From contig OY730476.1 of the NCBI GenBank assembly GCA_963422735.1, forward strand, positions 4,032,001-4,096,000: a stretch of DNA of 64,000 nt, in the 5' to 3' direction. Made by a program: the position numbers and the translations under genes. The stretch comes from Candidatus Latescibacterota bacterium (GTDB lineage: Bacteria > Latescibacterota > UBA2968 > UBA8231). Below the pieces are notes generated by a model. The model was not told where the DNA came from. It did no database searches and saw only the letters and a program-made list of their open reading frames with translations. This document shows positions 37,852 to 47,975 of this stretch, piece after piece; within the stretch, counting starts at the first letter, position 1; every line of letters starts with the position of its first letter.

Positions 37852-40800
37852 GTGCAGCAGCCTGTTAATACATCTCGCTTCGCTATTGCAACTAGGCGGC
37901 CAGTCGCCATCCTCATGGTGGTGCTGGCCGTCTGCGTTTTCGGCTGGGTTTCCTATCAGCGGCTCTCGCTGAACCTGATGCCCGACATTTCCTACCCGAC
38001 CCTGACGGTGCGCACCGAATATCCGGGCACGGCACCGGAGGAAGTCGAGACCCTACTCTCCCGCCCTTTGGAGCAGGAGTTGGGCATTGTGCCTCACCTC
38101 GTCAACATCAGCTCAATCTCCAAGGCCGGGCAGTCGGACATCATCCTCGAATTTGAATGGGACACCGACATGAACGCGATGTCCCAAGAGATCCGCGAGA
38201 AGGCCGACCGCGTCTGGTTGCCCCAAGATGCCGAGAAACCTCTTCTGCTGCGCTACGATCCTTCCCTAGACCCGATCATGCGCCTCGGCCTACACGGTCC
38301 GCAGGACCTCTACGCGCTGCGCTACCTTGCCGAGCACGAAATCAAGCGCGAACTGGAGTCGCTGGCCGGGGTGGCGGCGATCAAGATCAAGGGCGGCTTG
38401 GAGGAGGAGATCCACGTCGCGCTCAACGAGCGCCAGATCTCGGTGATGGGCCTAGACATCAACCAGATAAACAATCGCCTCGCCCAAAACAACGTCAATT
38501 TGCCCGGCGGCAACTTGCGCGAGGGCCAAGTCGAGTACCTAATCCGCACGCTCAACGAATTCGCCACAATCGATGAGATCGCCGAGTTGATCGTGGCGCG
38601 GCACGGCGACGCCGATGTTTATCTGCGCGATATCGCCGAGGTCGTCCGCTCGTACAAGGACCGCGAGATCATCACCCGGGTCAACGGCCGCGAGAGCGTC
38701 GAGATCGAGATCTACAAGGAAGCCGACGCCAATATCGTCGCCGTCGCCGAAAGGGTTCGCAATACGCTCTTCGGCTTGCCAGAGCAGCGCGCGTACGTGG
38801 AGCGCAAGGCCCGGGAAGCCCAAGAAGTGCAGAGCGAGGAGCAAAAAAGGCAAGAGAGAGAGGAGGCGCGAAAAAAGCAAGAGGCTGGAAAAGCCGATTC
38901 AACAAAGAACGACGAGGAGCAACAAAAGGAGCTACAGGCGAAGAAGCAGGAGGCGGCCCGCAAGGCGATGGAGCATTTGCGGATGACCGACTTCATCGGC
39001 CACCGCCTGCCCCGAGGTGCCAAGCTGGAGTTGCTGTCCGATCAGTCGGGTTTTATCAAGAATTCAATCACCGAGGTCCAAAGCAACGCGATCATCGGTG
39101 GGGCGATGGCCGTGCTAGTGCTCTTTGTGTTTTTGCGCAACGTGGTCCACACCCTGATCGTCGGCCTGACGATCCCGGTGTCGATCATGGCTACCTTCGC
39201 GCCGATGTACATGTTCGACGTGTCGCTCAATATCATGTCGCTCGGTGGGTTGGCCCTCGGAATCGGGATGCTGGTCGATAACTCGATCGTGGTGTTGGAA
39301 AGCATCTTCCGCTGTCGGGAGGAAGGGGACGATTTGGTCCAGGCCACCGTCCGCGGCACCGGCGAGGTCGGGGGCGCGGTGTTCGCCTCGACGCTGACGA
39401 CGATCACGGTGTTTTTTCCCATCGTATTCGTCGAGGGCGTGGCCGGGCAGATCTTCGGCGATATGGCGCTGACGGTCGTGTTCTCGCTATTGGCCTCGTT
39501 GGGGGTGGCGCTGTTTTTCATCCCCATGCTGGCCTCGCGCCAACTCAACCGCCAAGGTGGGTTGGCCGAGCAAATCGGCCGCAGCGACTTTCTGCGCTTA
39601 CAGGCACTGAGCCGGGCCCGCTCGGTATTCAGCGAGCCGGGGAGCCGGTGGCACAAGGCGGCTCAGGTGGCCCTTTCGCTGCCCTACTTAGTCGGCGAAG
39701 TGCTGTTGCGGGTGGGGCTGGCCGCGGCGACCCTCGCGGCGGCGGTACTCAAAGGTGCCTTCCTCTTCGTCTGCGAGCTGTTGTGGTGGCTGATCAAACC
39801 CGTCGAGTACTTCTGGCTCAAGCGCGAGCGGACCTTTCAGAGTTGGTTGGGTGCTTGGGCCGCGGAAAGCCGCATCGGCAAGTGGACCTTCTTCGAGCGC
39901 GTCTGGCCGGATATTCTTGCCTTTGAGTCGCCGCGCATCCTCGGCGCGACTGTGCAGCGCTACTGGCACTGGGTGAACAGGTCCGAGCACCTAGTGTGGA
40001 AGGCACTCAAAGTCTTGTCGCTACCGCTGGCGATGGTCTATTTGGTGGCCGTGAGCTTCGCCTTGGGTACGGTGCTCAGACTGGTGGGCATCGTCCTGCA
40101 CATAGTGCTGATGCTCGTCGGGCTGGTGCTGGTGTTGGTGCTGTGTCTGCTAGGCATGGTGCTGATGCCGGTCTTTTTGCCACTGCTCTTTGTGTTTGAA
40201 CGCGGCTTCGGGCTGGTGCAGCAGGCCTATCCAGCCCTTTTGGGCTGGGCACTCAGGCGGCGGTTGCTGATTATCGGCAGTGCCCTAGCCGCCCTGTTGG
40301 TCTGCTGGTACAAGCTCCTGCCCGAGCTGGGCACCGAGCTGATTCCCCAAGTCCACCAAGCTGAATTCAACCTCGACCTCAGGCTGCCGGTAGGTACGCC
40401 GCTAAAAGACACCGCCGAGATCGTGCGCCAGATCGAAGGGCTCGCCGTCAAACAGCCCCAAGTCGCGCGAGTGGCGACGACGGTAGGTACCGATCGTTCG
40501 GCCAGTTCCTCGGCGGAAGAGGGTGAGCACACCGCCCAAGTAACGGTTCGCATGCAGGAGGGGTCCAGCGCCGTGCAAGAGACCGCGTTGATCCGGCGTT
40601 TGCGGGACGCGGTTGACGATATCCCCGAAATTGAGGTCGAAGTCTCGCACCCGGCGCTGTTCAGCTTCAAGACGCCAATCGAGGTCGAGGTCCGCGGCTA
40701 CAATCTGCGCCAGTTGCGCCAGTTGAGCTTAGAGGCCGAGTCGCGGATGGCTGGCTTGCCCGGACTAGTCGACGTCAAATCGTCGCTGCAAGCGGGCAAT

Positions 40801-41730
40801 CCCGAGCTCCAGATCAGCTACAAGCGCGACCAACTCGCGGTCTATGGCCTGTCGCTGCGCAATGTCGCCGAACTGGTGCGCCACAAGGTGCAGGGCAAGG
40901 TCGCCACTGACTTCCGCCAAGACGAACGCCAGATCGACGTGCTGGTGCGGCTGCGCGAGGAGGATCGCTTGGGGCTTGACGAGCTGCGGCGGCTGGTGAT
41001 CAATCCCAATGCGCCGATTCCGATTCCGCTTTCCGCGGTGGCCGATATCCGAGTCAACGAGGGACCGAGCGAGATCCGCCGCATTGACCAGCAGCGCGCC
41101 GCGGTGGTCACGGCTAATATCCAAGGCGTCGATCTGGGCACGGCCTCGGGCCAGATCCACGACGAACTGGGGAGAGTGGACTTCCCGGTGGGTTTCGACT
41201 TTATGATCAGCGGCCAAAACGAGGAGATGGAGACCTCGTTGCAGAGTCTCTACTTTGCCTTAATACTGGCGATCTTCCTCGTCTATGTGGTAATGGCCAG
41301 CCAATTCGAGTCGCTGGTGCATCCCTTCATCATCATGTTCACGGTACCCTTGGCGCTAATCGGCGTGGTGGTAGCGCTCTATCTGGCGCAGGTATCTCTG
41401 AGCGTAGTGGTCTTTATCGGCTTGATTATGTTGGCCGGCATCGTCGTCAACAACGCCATCGTGCTCATTGACTATATCAACACCTTGCGCCGCACCGGCA
41501 TGGAGAAAACCGAGGCCATTATCCAGGCCGGTGCCGTGCGGCTGCGCCCGATTGCCATGACCACTGCGACGACGGTCTTGGGCCTCCTGCCGATGGCCTT
41601 GGGACTGGGCGAAGGGGCCGAGATTCGCACGCCGATGGCCCTGACTGTAATCGCCGGCCTCGTCTCTTCCACCTTCCTCACCCTCGTGGTGATCCCAACT
41701 GTGTATTCACTGGTCGATCGCCGGGCCTAG
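37852..41730 (+). CDS. RND (AcrB/MdtB-like) permease with two large insertions
   Basis: GMLVDNSIVVLE, QFES..HP, GIVVNNAIVL, RLRPIAMT. Confidence 0.93.
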   Translation: MQQPVNTSRFAIATRRPVAILMVVLAVCVFGWVSYQRLSLNLMPDISYPTLTVRTEYPGTAPEEVETLLSRPLEQELGIVPHLVNISSISKAGQSDIILEFEWDTDMNAMSQEIREKADRVWLPQDAEKPLLLRYDPSLDPIMRLGLHGPQDLYALRYLAEHEIKRELESLAGVAAIKIKGGLEEEIHVALNERQISVMGLDINQINNRLAQNNVNLPGGNLREGQVEYLIRTLNEFATIDEIAELIVARHGDADVYLRDIAEVVRSYKDREIITRVNGRESVEIEIYKEADANIVAVAERVRNTLFGLPEQRAYVERKAREAQEVQSEEQKRQEREEARKKQEAGKADSTKNDEEQQKELQAKKQEAARKAMEHLRMTDFIGHRLPRGAKLELLSDQSGFIKNSITEVQSNAIIGGAMAVLVLFVFLRNVVHTLIVGLTIPVSIMATFAPMYMFDVSLNIMSLGGLALGIGMLVDNSIVVLESIFRCREEGDDLVQATVRGTGEVGGAVFASTLTTITVFFPIVFVEGVAGQIFGDMALTVVFSLLASLGVALFFIPMLASRQLNRQGGLAEQIGRSDFLRLQALSRARSVFSEPGSRWHKAAQVALSLPYLVGEVLLRVGLAAATLAAAVLKGAFLFVCELLWWLIKPVEYFWLKRERTFQSWLGAWAAESRIGKWTFFERVWPDILAFESPRILGATVQRYWHWVNRSEHLVWKALKVLSLPLAMVYLVAVSFALGTVLRLVGIVLHIVLMLVGLVLVLVLCLLGMVLMPVFLPLLFVFERGFGLVQQAYPALLGWALRRRLLIIGSALAALLVCWYKLLPELGTELIPQVHQAEFNLDLRLPVGTPLKDTAEIVRQIEGLAVKQPQVARVATTVGTDRSASSSAEEGEHTAQVTVRMQEGSSAVQETALIRRLRDAVDDIPEIEVEVSHPALFSFKTPIEVEVRGYNLRQLRQLSLEAESRMAGLPGLVDVKSSLQAGNPELQISYKRDQLAVYGLSLRNVAELVRHKVQGKVATDFRQDERQIDVLVRLREEDRLGLDELRRLVINPNAPIPIPLSAVADIRVNEGPSEIRRIDQQRAAVVTANIQGVDLGTASGQIHDELGRVDFPVGFDFMISGQNEEMETSLQSLYFALILAIFLVYVVMASQFESLVHPFIIMFTVPLALIGVVVALYLAQVSLSVVVFIGLIMLAGIVVNNAIVLIDYINTLRRTGMEKTEAIIQAGAVRLRPIAMTTATTVLGLLPMALGLGEGAEIRTPMALTVIAGLVSSTFLTLVVIPTVYSLVDRRA

Positions 41731-41739
41731 GAGGAACCG

Positions 41740-44700
41740 ATGGAAAAGCCAAACCAGTACCCCCTGCCGCGCTTTTCGGTCAACCGGCCGGTGACCGTGG
41801 TGATGTCGCTGGTCGCACTGCTGGTGGTGGGCTATATCGCCTACACGCGAATCCCGCTGACGCTTTTTCCCGAAGGCTTCGACTATCCCCGGCTCTTCGC
41901 TTGGGCCCACTATCCCAACGCCGGCGCGGTCGAAGTCGAGCAAAAGGTGGTGCATCACCTCGAAGAGGCCGTCGCCCAAGTCAGCCGGGTCAAGAGGATC
42001 CGCTCCAACGCCTACAGCGGCGGCGGCAATGTCCAGGTCGAGTTCCAGAAGGGCACCGACCTGCAATTGGCTTTTGCCGAGATGAAGGACCGGCTCGACC
42101 GGGTGATGCCCGAGTTGCCGGACGAGATCGAGCAACTGTGGGTCCGGCGCTGGGACCAAAACGACATCCCGATCATGGAGGGAGTCATCACCTTCGAGGC
42201 CCAATACGCCGACCCGCGCCTACTCATCGACACCTATGTGGAGCCGGCGTTGCGCCGCGTTGATGGGGTCGGCAACATCGAGCTTTGGGGCTCACCCAGC
42301 AAACAGGTGATAGTCGAGTTGGACCAAGGCAAGGTGCGCAGCCACCGGGTCAACGTTTTCGAGACGCTCAACAGCCTGCGCGCCCAAAACCTCACCGTAC
42401 CTGGGGGCTGGGTGATCGAGGGCGGCAAGAAGATCTACGTGCGTTCGGTGGGCCGCTTCCAAAACATCGAAGAGATCGCCAACACCGTGGTCGATCCCGA
42501 GTACCAGCTACGGCTGGACGACATCGCCGAGGTCTCCTATAAGCAGCCGCAGCAAGACTGGGTCAACCGCATTGACCGCAAGGAGGCGATGGCCTTCGGT
42601 GTAACCAAGGCATCGGGTGCCAATGTCGTCGAGGTCGCCGACGGCGTGAAGGAGGCGATGGAGAAGCTGAAGGAGCACCCCCAGCTCGAAGGTCTGGACT
42701 TCAAGATGGTCTGGAACCAAGGCGACCAAGTGACCAACTCGGTTGACAATCTCAAAAATTCCGGCCTGTGGGGTGGGCTGTTCGCGGCCATAGTGCTCTT
42801 CTTCTTCTTACGTGCGGTACGCATCACGCTGATCATCACCTTGGCGATCCCGCTGTCTATCTTGGTGACGATTACCGCCCTGTACTTCATAGGCTGGTCG
42901 TTGAATATGGCAACGATGATGGGCCTGATGCTGAGCCTAGGACTGGTGGTTGACAACGCCATTGTCATCGTCGAAAACATCTACCGCAAGCACCAAGAAG
43001 GTATAGCCCCACGCACGGCCTCGATTGAGGGGGCTGGCGAGGTGGGGCTGGCAGTGACCATGGCCACCCTAACGACGGTGGTGGTTTTCCTGCCCCTAAT
43101 CCTGATGAGCGACGAGCAGATGTTTTCGTTCTGGATGCTCAGAATCGGTCTGCCAGTTATCGCGGGGCTAGTGGCGTCGCTGCTCATCGCCCTGATTTTT
43201 ATCCCCCTTGCCGCGCTCAAGCTGGCGACGAGGAAAGAAAAAAGCGAACCACGGATAATCGTCTGGTGCCGCAAGCACTACGTGCGCTCGCTGGGCTGGG
43301 TGCTAAACAATCGTCTCGACGCCTTCATCATTGCCTTGGTCCTTTTCGCCAGCATCAAGATCCCGATGGATGGCATGGAGCGCACCGACAATCAGGAGCG
43401 CAATGAGGTGCGGATGGACTTGGCCTTTGAGATGCCTTCGGGCCAGTCGCTGGACCACGCCGAGAAGTTTATGACCGCTATCGAGGATACGGTGATGGCC
43501 CGCAAGGCAGAGTACAACGTCGAGATGCTGCGGACCTATTTCCGCCGTGGCTGGGGCCGGGTGACGCTGTTTTTCGCCGAAGAGGGAGATGTAGAGTGGT
43601 ATCAAGTGGCTTGGGACAATTTGAACGTCGCGCTGGGCCTAAAGGAAAAGGAACACCTCTCCTACAAGGAGGTCGAAAAGGATCTCCGCGAGCGGCTCTA
43701 CCTGCCGCCAGGCACCAACCTGCGGGTCAACTGGGAAAACTCCGAGCAGGATCCCCGGGTAAATGTCAGCCTGTATGGCGAGGATACCGAGGTGCTGGTC
43801 GGGCTGGCCGCCGAGGTCGAACGGCGGCTGGAGAGCATCCCTGGCTTGCTGTCGGTCAACACCGACATGGACCGCGGCGGCACCGAGCTACAGGTGCGCC
43901 TCGACCGCGACCAAGTGCAGCGTTTCGGCGTGAATCCCCAGGTGATTTCGGGAGGCATTGCCTACGCACTGCGCGGCACGGATATCAACAAGTTCCACAC
44001 TGACGACGGCCGCGAGGTCAATATCCGCGTGCAGCTAGCCAGCTACGACAGCCAGACCCTAGATGATCTGCGCAACCAGAGCTTCCCCACCGTTGATGAC
44101 CGCGAAGTGTCCCTCGAATCGCTGGCGGACATCTACATCGAGCGCACGCTGGGCAATATCCGGCGCGAGAACCGGCAGACCATGCTCAATGTCAGCGCCC
44201 GCGCCTCCAAGGACCGGGCTCAACAGCTTTTCGCCCAAGTCGATCAGGTGATGCAGGGCTTCGAGATGCCACGCGGCTACCGCTGGGACAAGGGTGCCCG
44301 CTTTGTGGAGCTGGAGGAGCAGGACCAATCGCAGAAGTTTGCCCTTATCATGTCCGTGACCTTCGTCTTTTTGCTCATGGGGGTCCTCTTTGAGTCGTTC
44401 GTGCTACCGCTGTCGGTAATCGTGTCCATCCCATTCTCCTTTCTCGGCGTTTACTGGGTTCTATATTTGACGGACACGCCCTTTGAAATCATGTCGATGA
44501 TCGGCTCGGTGATCCTAATCGGCGTGGTGGTCAACAACGCCATCGTGCTGATCGATTTGGCCAACCGGCTGCGGGCAGCGGGTAGATCGCGCTACGACGC
44601 GCTGCTAGAGGCTGGCCGACACCGCTTCCGGCCGATCCTGATGACGACCTTTACCACCGCTTTCGGGCTGATCCCGATGGCAGCGGGCAATTCTAAGATG

Positions 44701-44910
44701 GTGGGTTTGGCCTACGCGCCACTGGGCAGGACGATGATCGGGGGGCTGCTGGCTGCCATGGTGCTGACGCTGATGTTGGTGCCGTTGTTTTACACCTTCT
44801 TCGACGATTTCCGCACGGCAACGCAGCGGATTATGGCGTCGGCGTTTGGGCGGAAAGGGGAGGGGGCTAGCGGATCATCGCCCCAAGCGGAAGACCTGAT
44901 AGGGCACTGA
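41740..44910 (+). CDS. Second RND permease
   Basis: GLVVDNAIVIVE, LFES, GVVVNNAIVL, RFRPILMT. Confidence 0.93.
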   Translation: MEKPNQYPLPRFSVNRPVTVVMSLVALLVVGYIAYTRIPLTLFPEGFDYPRLFAWAHYPNAGAVEVEQKVVHHLEEAVAQVSRVKRIRSNAYSGGGNVQVEFQKGTDLQLAFAEMKDRLDRVMPELPDEIEQLWVRRWDQNDIPIMEGVITFEAQYADPRLLIDTYVEPALRRVDGVGNIELWGSPSKQVIVELDQGKVRSHRVNVFETLNSLRAQNLTVPGGWVIEGGKKIYVRSVGRFQNIEEIANTVVDPEYQLRLDDIAEVSYKQPQQDWVNRIDRKEAMAFGVTKASGANVVEVADGVKEAMEKLKEHPQLEGLDFKMVWNQGDQVTNSVDNLKNSGLWGGLFAAIVLFFFLRAVRITLIITLAIPLSILVTITALYFIGWSLNMATMMGLMLSLGLVVDNAIVIVENIYRKHQEGIAPRTASIEGAGEVGLAVTMATLTTVVVFLPLILMSDEQMFSFWMLRIGLPVIAGLVASLLIALIFIPLAALKLATRKEKSEPRIIVWCRKHYVRSLGWVLNNRLDAFIIALVLFASIKIPMDGMERTDNQERNEVRMDLAFEMPSGQSLDHAEKFMTAIEDTVMARKAEYNVEMLRTYFRRGWGRVTLFFAEEGDVEWYQVAWDNLNVALGLKEKEHLSYKEVEKDLRERLYLPPGTNLRVNWENSEQDPRVNVSLYGEDTEVLVGLAAEVERRLESIPGLLSVNTDMDRGGTELQVRLDRDQVQRFGVNPQVISGGIAYALRGTDINKFHTDDGREVNIRVQLASYDSQTLDDLRNQSFPTVDDREVSLESLADIYIERTLGNIRRENRQTMLNVSARASKDRAQQLFAQVDQVMQGFEMPRGYRWDKGARFVELEEQDQSQKFALIMSVTFVFLLMGVLFESFVLPLSVIVSIPFSFLGVYWVLYLTDTPFEIMSMIGSVILIGVVVNNAIVLIDLANRLRAAGRSRYDALLEAGRHRFRPILMTTFTTAFGLIPMAAGNSKMVGLAYAPLGRTMIGGLLAAMVLTLMLVPLFYTFFDDFRTATQRIMASAFGRKGEGASGSSPQAEDLIGH

Positions 44911-46404
44911 GGGGCAGCCAGCACGGCGGCGATTTATTTCCGCGATCAATTCCCACCGTGGATACGTAGCGCGTAGCGATTTGGGTACTTTGCCGCCCGT
45001 TCGCACGCCGAAGAGCACTTCTTCTGGATAGGGCACCTCGCGCTGCCCGTAAAAATCCGTCAGATCCCGGAACCTCGGATCATCGACCGTGTAGTACTTC
45101 CGCTCGGCCCGCCCGTAATACGCTAGCGCGAACGGTATGCTGTACTGTGTGCTCAGCAGCGGCAGCGGTGGGAGAGCTTCCTCCATGTCGGCGGCGAAGC
45201 GATGCCAGCCGCTGTACTCGCAGAGCCGTTCGCTCCACGAGTAGGAAGGCTCGCGGACTTGGTCTTCCTGCGACACCAAACCAACATAGCTTTTGTCCAG
45301 CCCGCTGCGCTCGGCGAGGTCGCTGTAGAGACCGGGGTATTTCAGTCCTATGCCGATGGTGAGTGCTTGCAACAACCCGGTAGCGACGACAGTGACGAGC
45401 AGCCAGCGTCTGGGATGTGCAGCAAATGCCACAGGCCACAGGCTCAGCAAGCCCGGCAGGAACCAGTTGCCTTTGACCTGACCTCGGCTGAGTGCGAAAA
45501 GCAAAAAAGCACCGATGGTGCAGAGCGCGGGGAGCAGGGCGAGGAGGCCGCGCTGTTTGGCTGCCTGCACCAAGCCGGCATAGAGCAGGAACAGCAAAAA
45601 CGGCGACATAAAAAAGAGCGGACTGACCGCAAAGAAGAGCAGGCGCGAGAGGGGATGGCCAAGATCGTCGATGCGCGAAAGGGTGCTCAGAGTCTGCGGC
45701 AGATAAAAGCCGGTGCTGAACTGGGCGTAGGCGAGCGGTGCGGCGACTGCGACGGCGGGCAGCAGGAACGCGGTGAGCAGGTGCCAACGCTTTTTACCGC
45801 GTTGGCCGAGTGCGATCCACAAGCCGAGTGCGACGACGAGAAAAGCGCCCGAGTACTTGCATAGAATGGCTAAACCCGCCGCGAGGCCCGTGCATATATA
45901 GGGCCGCAGCGCGTTGGTTACTGCGGCCTGCCGCGCCGAGCACAGAGCCAGCAGCCAACAGGGGACTAAGAAGCCATCGGGATGCAGGTAGGAACTGGTG
46001 TGCCACGTCCAGTGGCTGAGCGCGAAGGCAGCGGCGGCCCACAGCGCCAGATGTTTTGCGAGGCCCTGCATCCTGCAAAGCCGATAGATGAGCGCGGTAG
46101 AAAACGCGCCCAACAAAGCAGAGGGCAGCCGCAGGAACCACTCTTGGTGCGGGTAGAGCGCGTGGGTCAGCTTGAAGACGGCCAAGGGCAAGAGCGCGTA
46201 CAAGGCATCGAGGTGCTGGCTCCAATACCAGTAAACAGCCTCGTCCTTGCCCAGCTCCACATCGGCGACCAGCCAGAGCTTGAGCAGGGTATAGACACCC
46301 AGCAGGGCAGGCCATAGCAGATTGACGCTGTTGGGGCCGCCGCGTATATTGTGAAACCTGAACGCGGTAGAACAATTCAGAATAGAATTATGGAGATAGT
46401 TCAA
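44875..46404 (-). CDS. GT39/ArnT-like (PMT) membrane glycosyltransferase; true start probably downstream
   Basis: DEAVYWYWS, LRLPS, HPD, ILCKYS; multiple TM helices. Confidence 0.75.
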   Translation of the reverse strand: MNYLHNSILNCSTAFRFHNIRGGPNSVNLLWPALLGVYTLLKLWLVADVELGKDEAVYWYWSQHLDALYALLPLAVFKLTHALYPHQEWFLRLPSALLGAFSTALIYRLCRMQGLAKHLALWAAAAFALSHWTWHTSSYLHPDGFLVPCWLLALCSARQAAVTNALRPYICTGLAAGLAILCKYSGAFLVVALGLWIALGQRGKKRWHLLTAFLLPAVAVAAPLAYAQFSTGFYLPQTLSTLSRIDDLGHPLSRLLFFAVSPLFFMSPFLLFLLYAGLVQAAKQRGLLALLPALCTIGAFLLFALSRGQVKGNWFLPGLLSLWPVAFAAHPRRWLLVTVVATGLLQALTIGIGLKYPGLYSDLAERSGLDKSYVGLVSQEDQVREPSYSWSERLCEYSGWHRFAADMEEALPPLPLLSTQYSIPFALAYYGRAERKYYTVDDPRFRDLTDFYGQREVPYPEEVLFGVRTGGKVPKSLRATYPRWELIAEINRRRAGCPSVPYQVFRLGR

Positions 46405-47012
46405 TGGCCGAAAAAGACGAAGATCTGATCAAAACTCTCCAGGAAAAAAACCTAGAGCAGAGTCTGTACAAAGCGCGCAAGATATTTCTTTGGTCCGACG
46501 TCAACGACGAGTCGGCCAAGGCCGTAGTTACTCGCTTGCTGTCGCTAGACACCGACGATCCAACCGAGGAAATCGTCCTCTACATCAACAGTCCCGGCGG
46601 CTCGGTTCACGACGGCATGGCTATCTACGATGCCATGCTGGCGATCCAAGCACCCGTTTCCACCGTGTGCATGGGCATGGCCATGAGCATGGGCTCGTTC
46701 CTGCTCGCCGCTGGCGAGCCGGGGCGACGTTTCGCCTGGCCGCACGCCCGGATTATGATTCACCAGCCGCTCCTTATGCACACCGTCACCGGCACCGCCA
46801 CCGACCTCGATATCCGCGCCAAAGAGACCATTCGCCTGCGCGAAGAACTCAACGCGCTCTACGCCAAGCAGACCGGCCAAGATGTCGAGAAAATCGCCAA
46901 GGACACGGACCGCGACTTTTTCATGTCGGCCGAGGAAGCCAAGGCATACGGTCTGATCGACGACGTGATCATCACCACGGCACCCTCGCCCAACGGGTAC
47001 AGCAAAAAGTAG
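46404..47012 (+). CDS. clpP: ATP-dependent Clp protease proteolytic subunit
   Basis: YINSPGG, GMAMSMGS, RIMIHQP, DRDFFMSAEEA. Confidence 0.97.
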   Translation: MAEKDEDLIKTLQEKNLEQSLYKARKIFLWSDVNDESAKAVVTRLLSLDTDDPTEEIVLYINSPGGSVHDGMAIYDAMLAIQAPVSTVCMGMAMSMGSFLLAAGEPGRRFAWPHARIMIHQPLLMHTVTGTATDLDIRAKETIRLREELNALYAKQTGQDVEKIAKDTDRDFFMSAEEAKAYGLIDDVIITTAPSPNGYSKK

Positions 47013-47040
47013 CACTGTCCCTTCGTCTCTTGTTCGCCGC

Positions 47041-47068
47041 GCCGGTCCCAAACGGGGTCGGCGTTTTT
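47041..47068 (+). terminator. Rho-independent terminator after clpP
   Basis: GCCGGTCCC-AAAC-GGGGTCGGC followed by T-run. Confidence 0.6.
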
Positions 47069-47873
47069 ATTGGCAACTTGGGCAATAGAAGGTGCTTCGG
47101 CCTCCCAAGTAGAGGCTCTCGATGGGCGCATCGCAGACGCGGCAACCCTCGCCTTGGCGGCCGTACACGTGGAGCCGCTGCTGGAAGCGCCCGCCCGCGC
47201 CCGACCCCTGATAGTCGCTGATGGTTGTGCCGCCTTGGTCGATGGCGACGCGCAGGACTTTTTTGATCTCCTTGACGAGCAGGGCCAAGCGCGGCGGATC
47301 AATGGCCGCGGCCGGAGTCGCCGGATGAATGCGCGCCCGGAAGAGGGCTTCGCTGGCGTAGATATTGCCCACGCCGACGACTGTGCGGCTGTCCATAATG
47401 AGGTTCTTGATCGGGCTTTTGCGCCGCTGGCATTGGGCTTGGAGATAGCGGGCATTGAAGGAGCGGGAGAGGGGCTCGGGGCCGAGGTTTTGCAAGTGCC
47501 GGCACGTGTGCTCCTCGCCCTCGTCGAGCACCAGCACCAAGCCAAAGCGTCGCGGGTCGTTGAACGCCACGGCACCCCCATCGGCAAACTCAAAGCCCAC
47601 GTGGTCGTGCTTGGTGCCCCACGGCCGCAGGAGCAGATTGCCGCTCATGCCGAGATGTACCAAAAGCGTCCGGTCCGATTGCAGATCAAGGAGAAGAAAT
47701 TTGGCGCGGCGGCGAGCGGCCGCAAAGCAGTCCCCGACCAAGGAGCGCAGCGCGGCCCTCGGCAGAGGCTCGCGCAGGCGTTTCGCACTGACGCGGACGC
47801 GGGTGATCGGACGGTCTAGCAGGTGGCACTCCATCGCACTGCGGACGGTTTCGACCTCGGGTAACTCGGGCAT
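47067..47873 (-). CDS. mutM: Formamidopyrimidine-DNA glycosylase
   Basis: MPELPEVE, HLGMSG, DPRRFG, GVGNIYASE, C-terminal C4 zinc finger. Confidence 0.97.
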   Translation of the reverse strand: MPELPEVETVRSAMECHLLDRPITRVRVSAKRLREPLPRAALRSLVGDCFAAARRRAKFLLLDLQSDRTLLVHLGMSGNLLLRPWGTKHDHVGFEFADGGAVAFNDPRRFGLVLVLDEGEEHTCRHLQNLGPEPLSRSFNARYLQAQCQRRKSPIKNLIMDSRTVVGVGNIYASEALFRARIHPATPAAAIDPPRLALLVKEIKKVLRVAIDQGGTTISDYQGSGAGGRFQQRLHVYGRQGEGCRVCDAPIESLYLGGRSTFYCPSCQ

Positions 47874-47879
47874 GGGCAG

Positions 47880-47908
47880 AGTATATAAGCCGCCCATAGA
47901 GGCGTCAA
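47880..47908 (-). promoter_or_regulatory. Sigma70 promoter of mutM (predicts a leaderless mRNA)
   Basis: TTGACG-17 nt-TATACT, 6 nt before the ATG. Confidence 0.7.
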
Positions 47909-47975
47909 ACATTGCCGACCGGTCTGCGGTTGGTATATTGAAAACCCTCACCTCAAAACGCAGGAGCTATTACTC

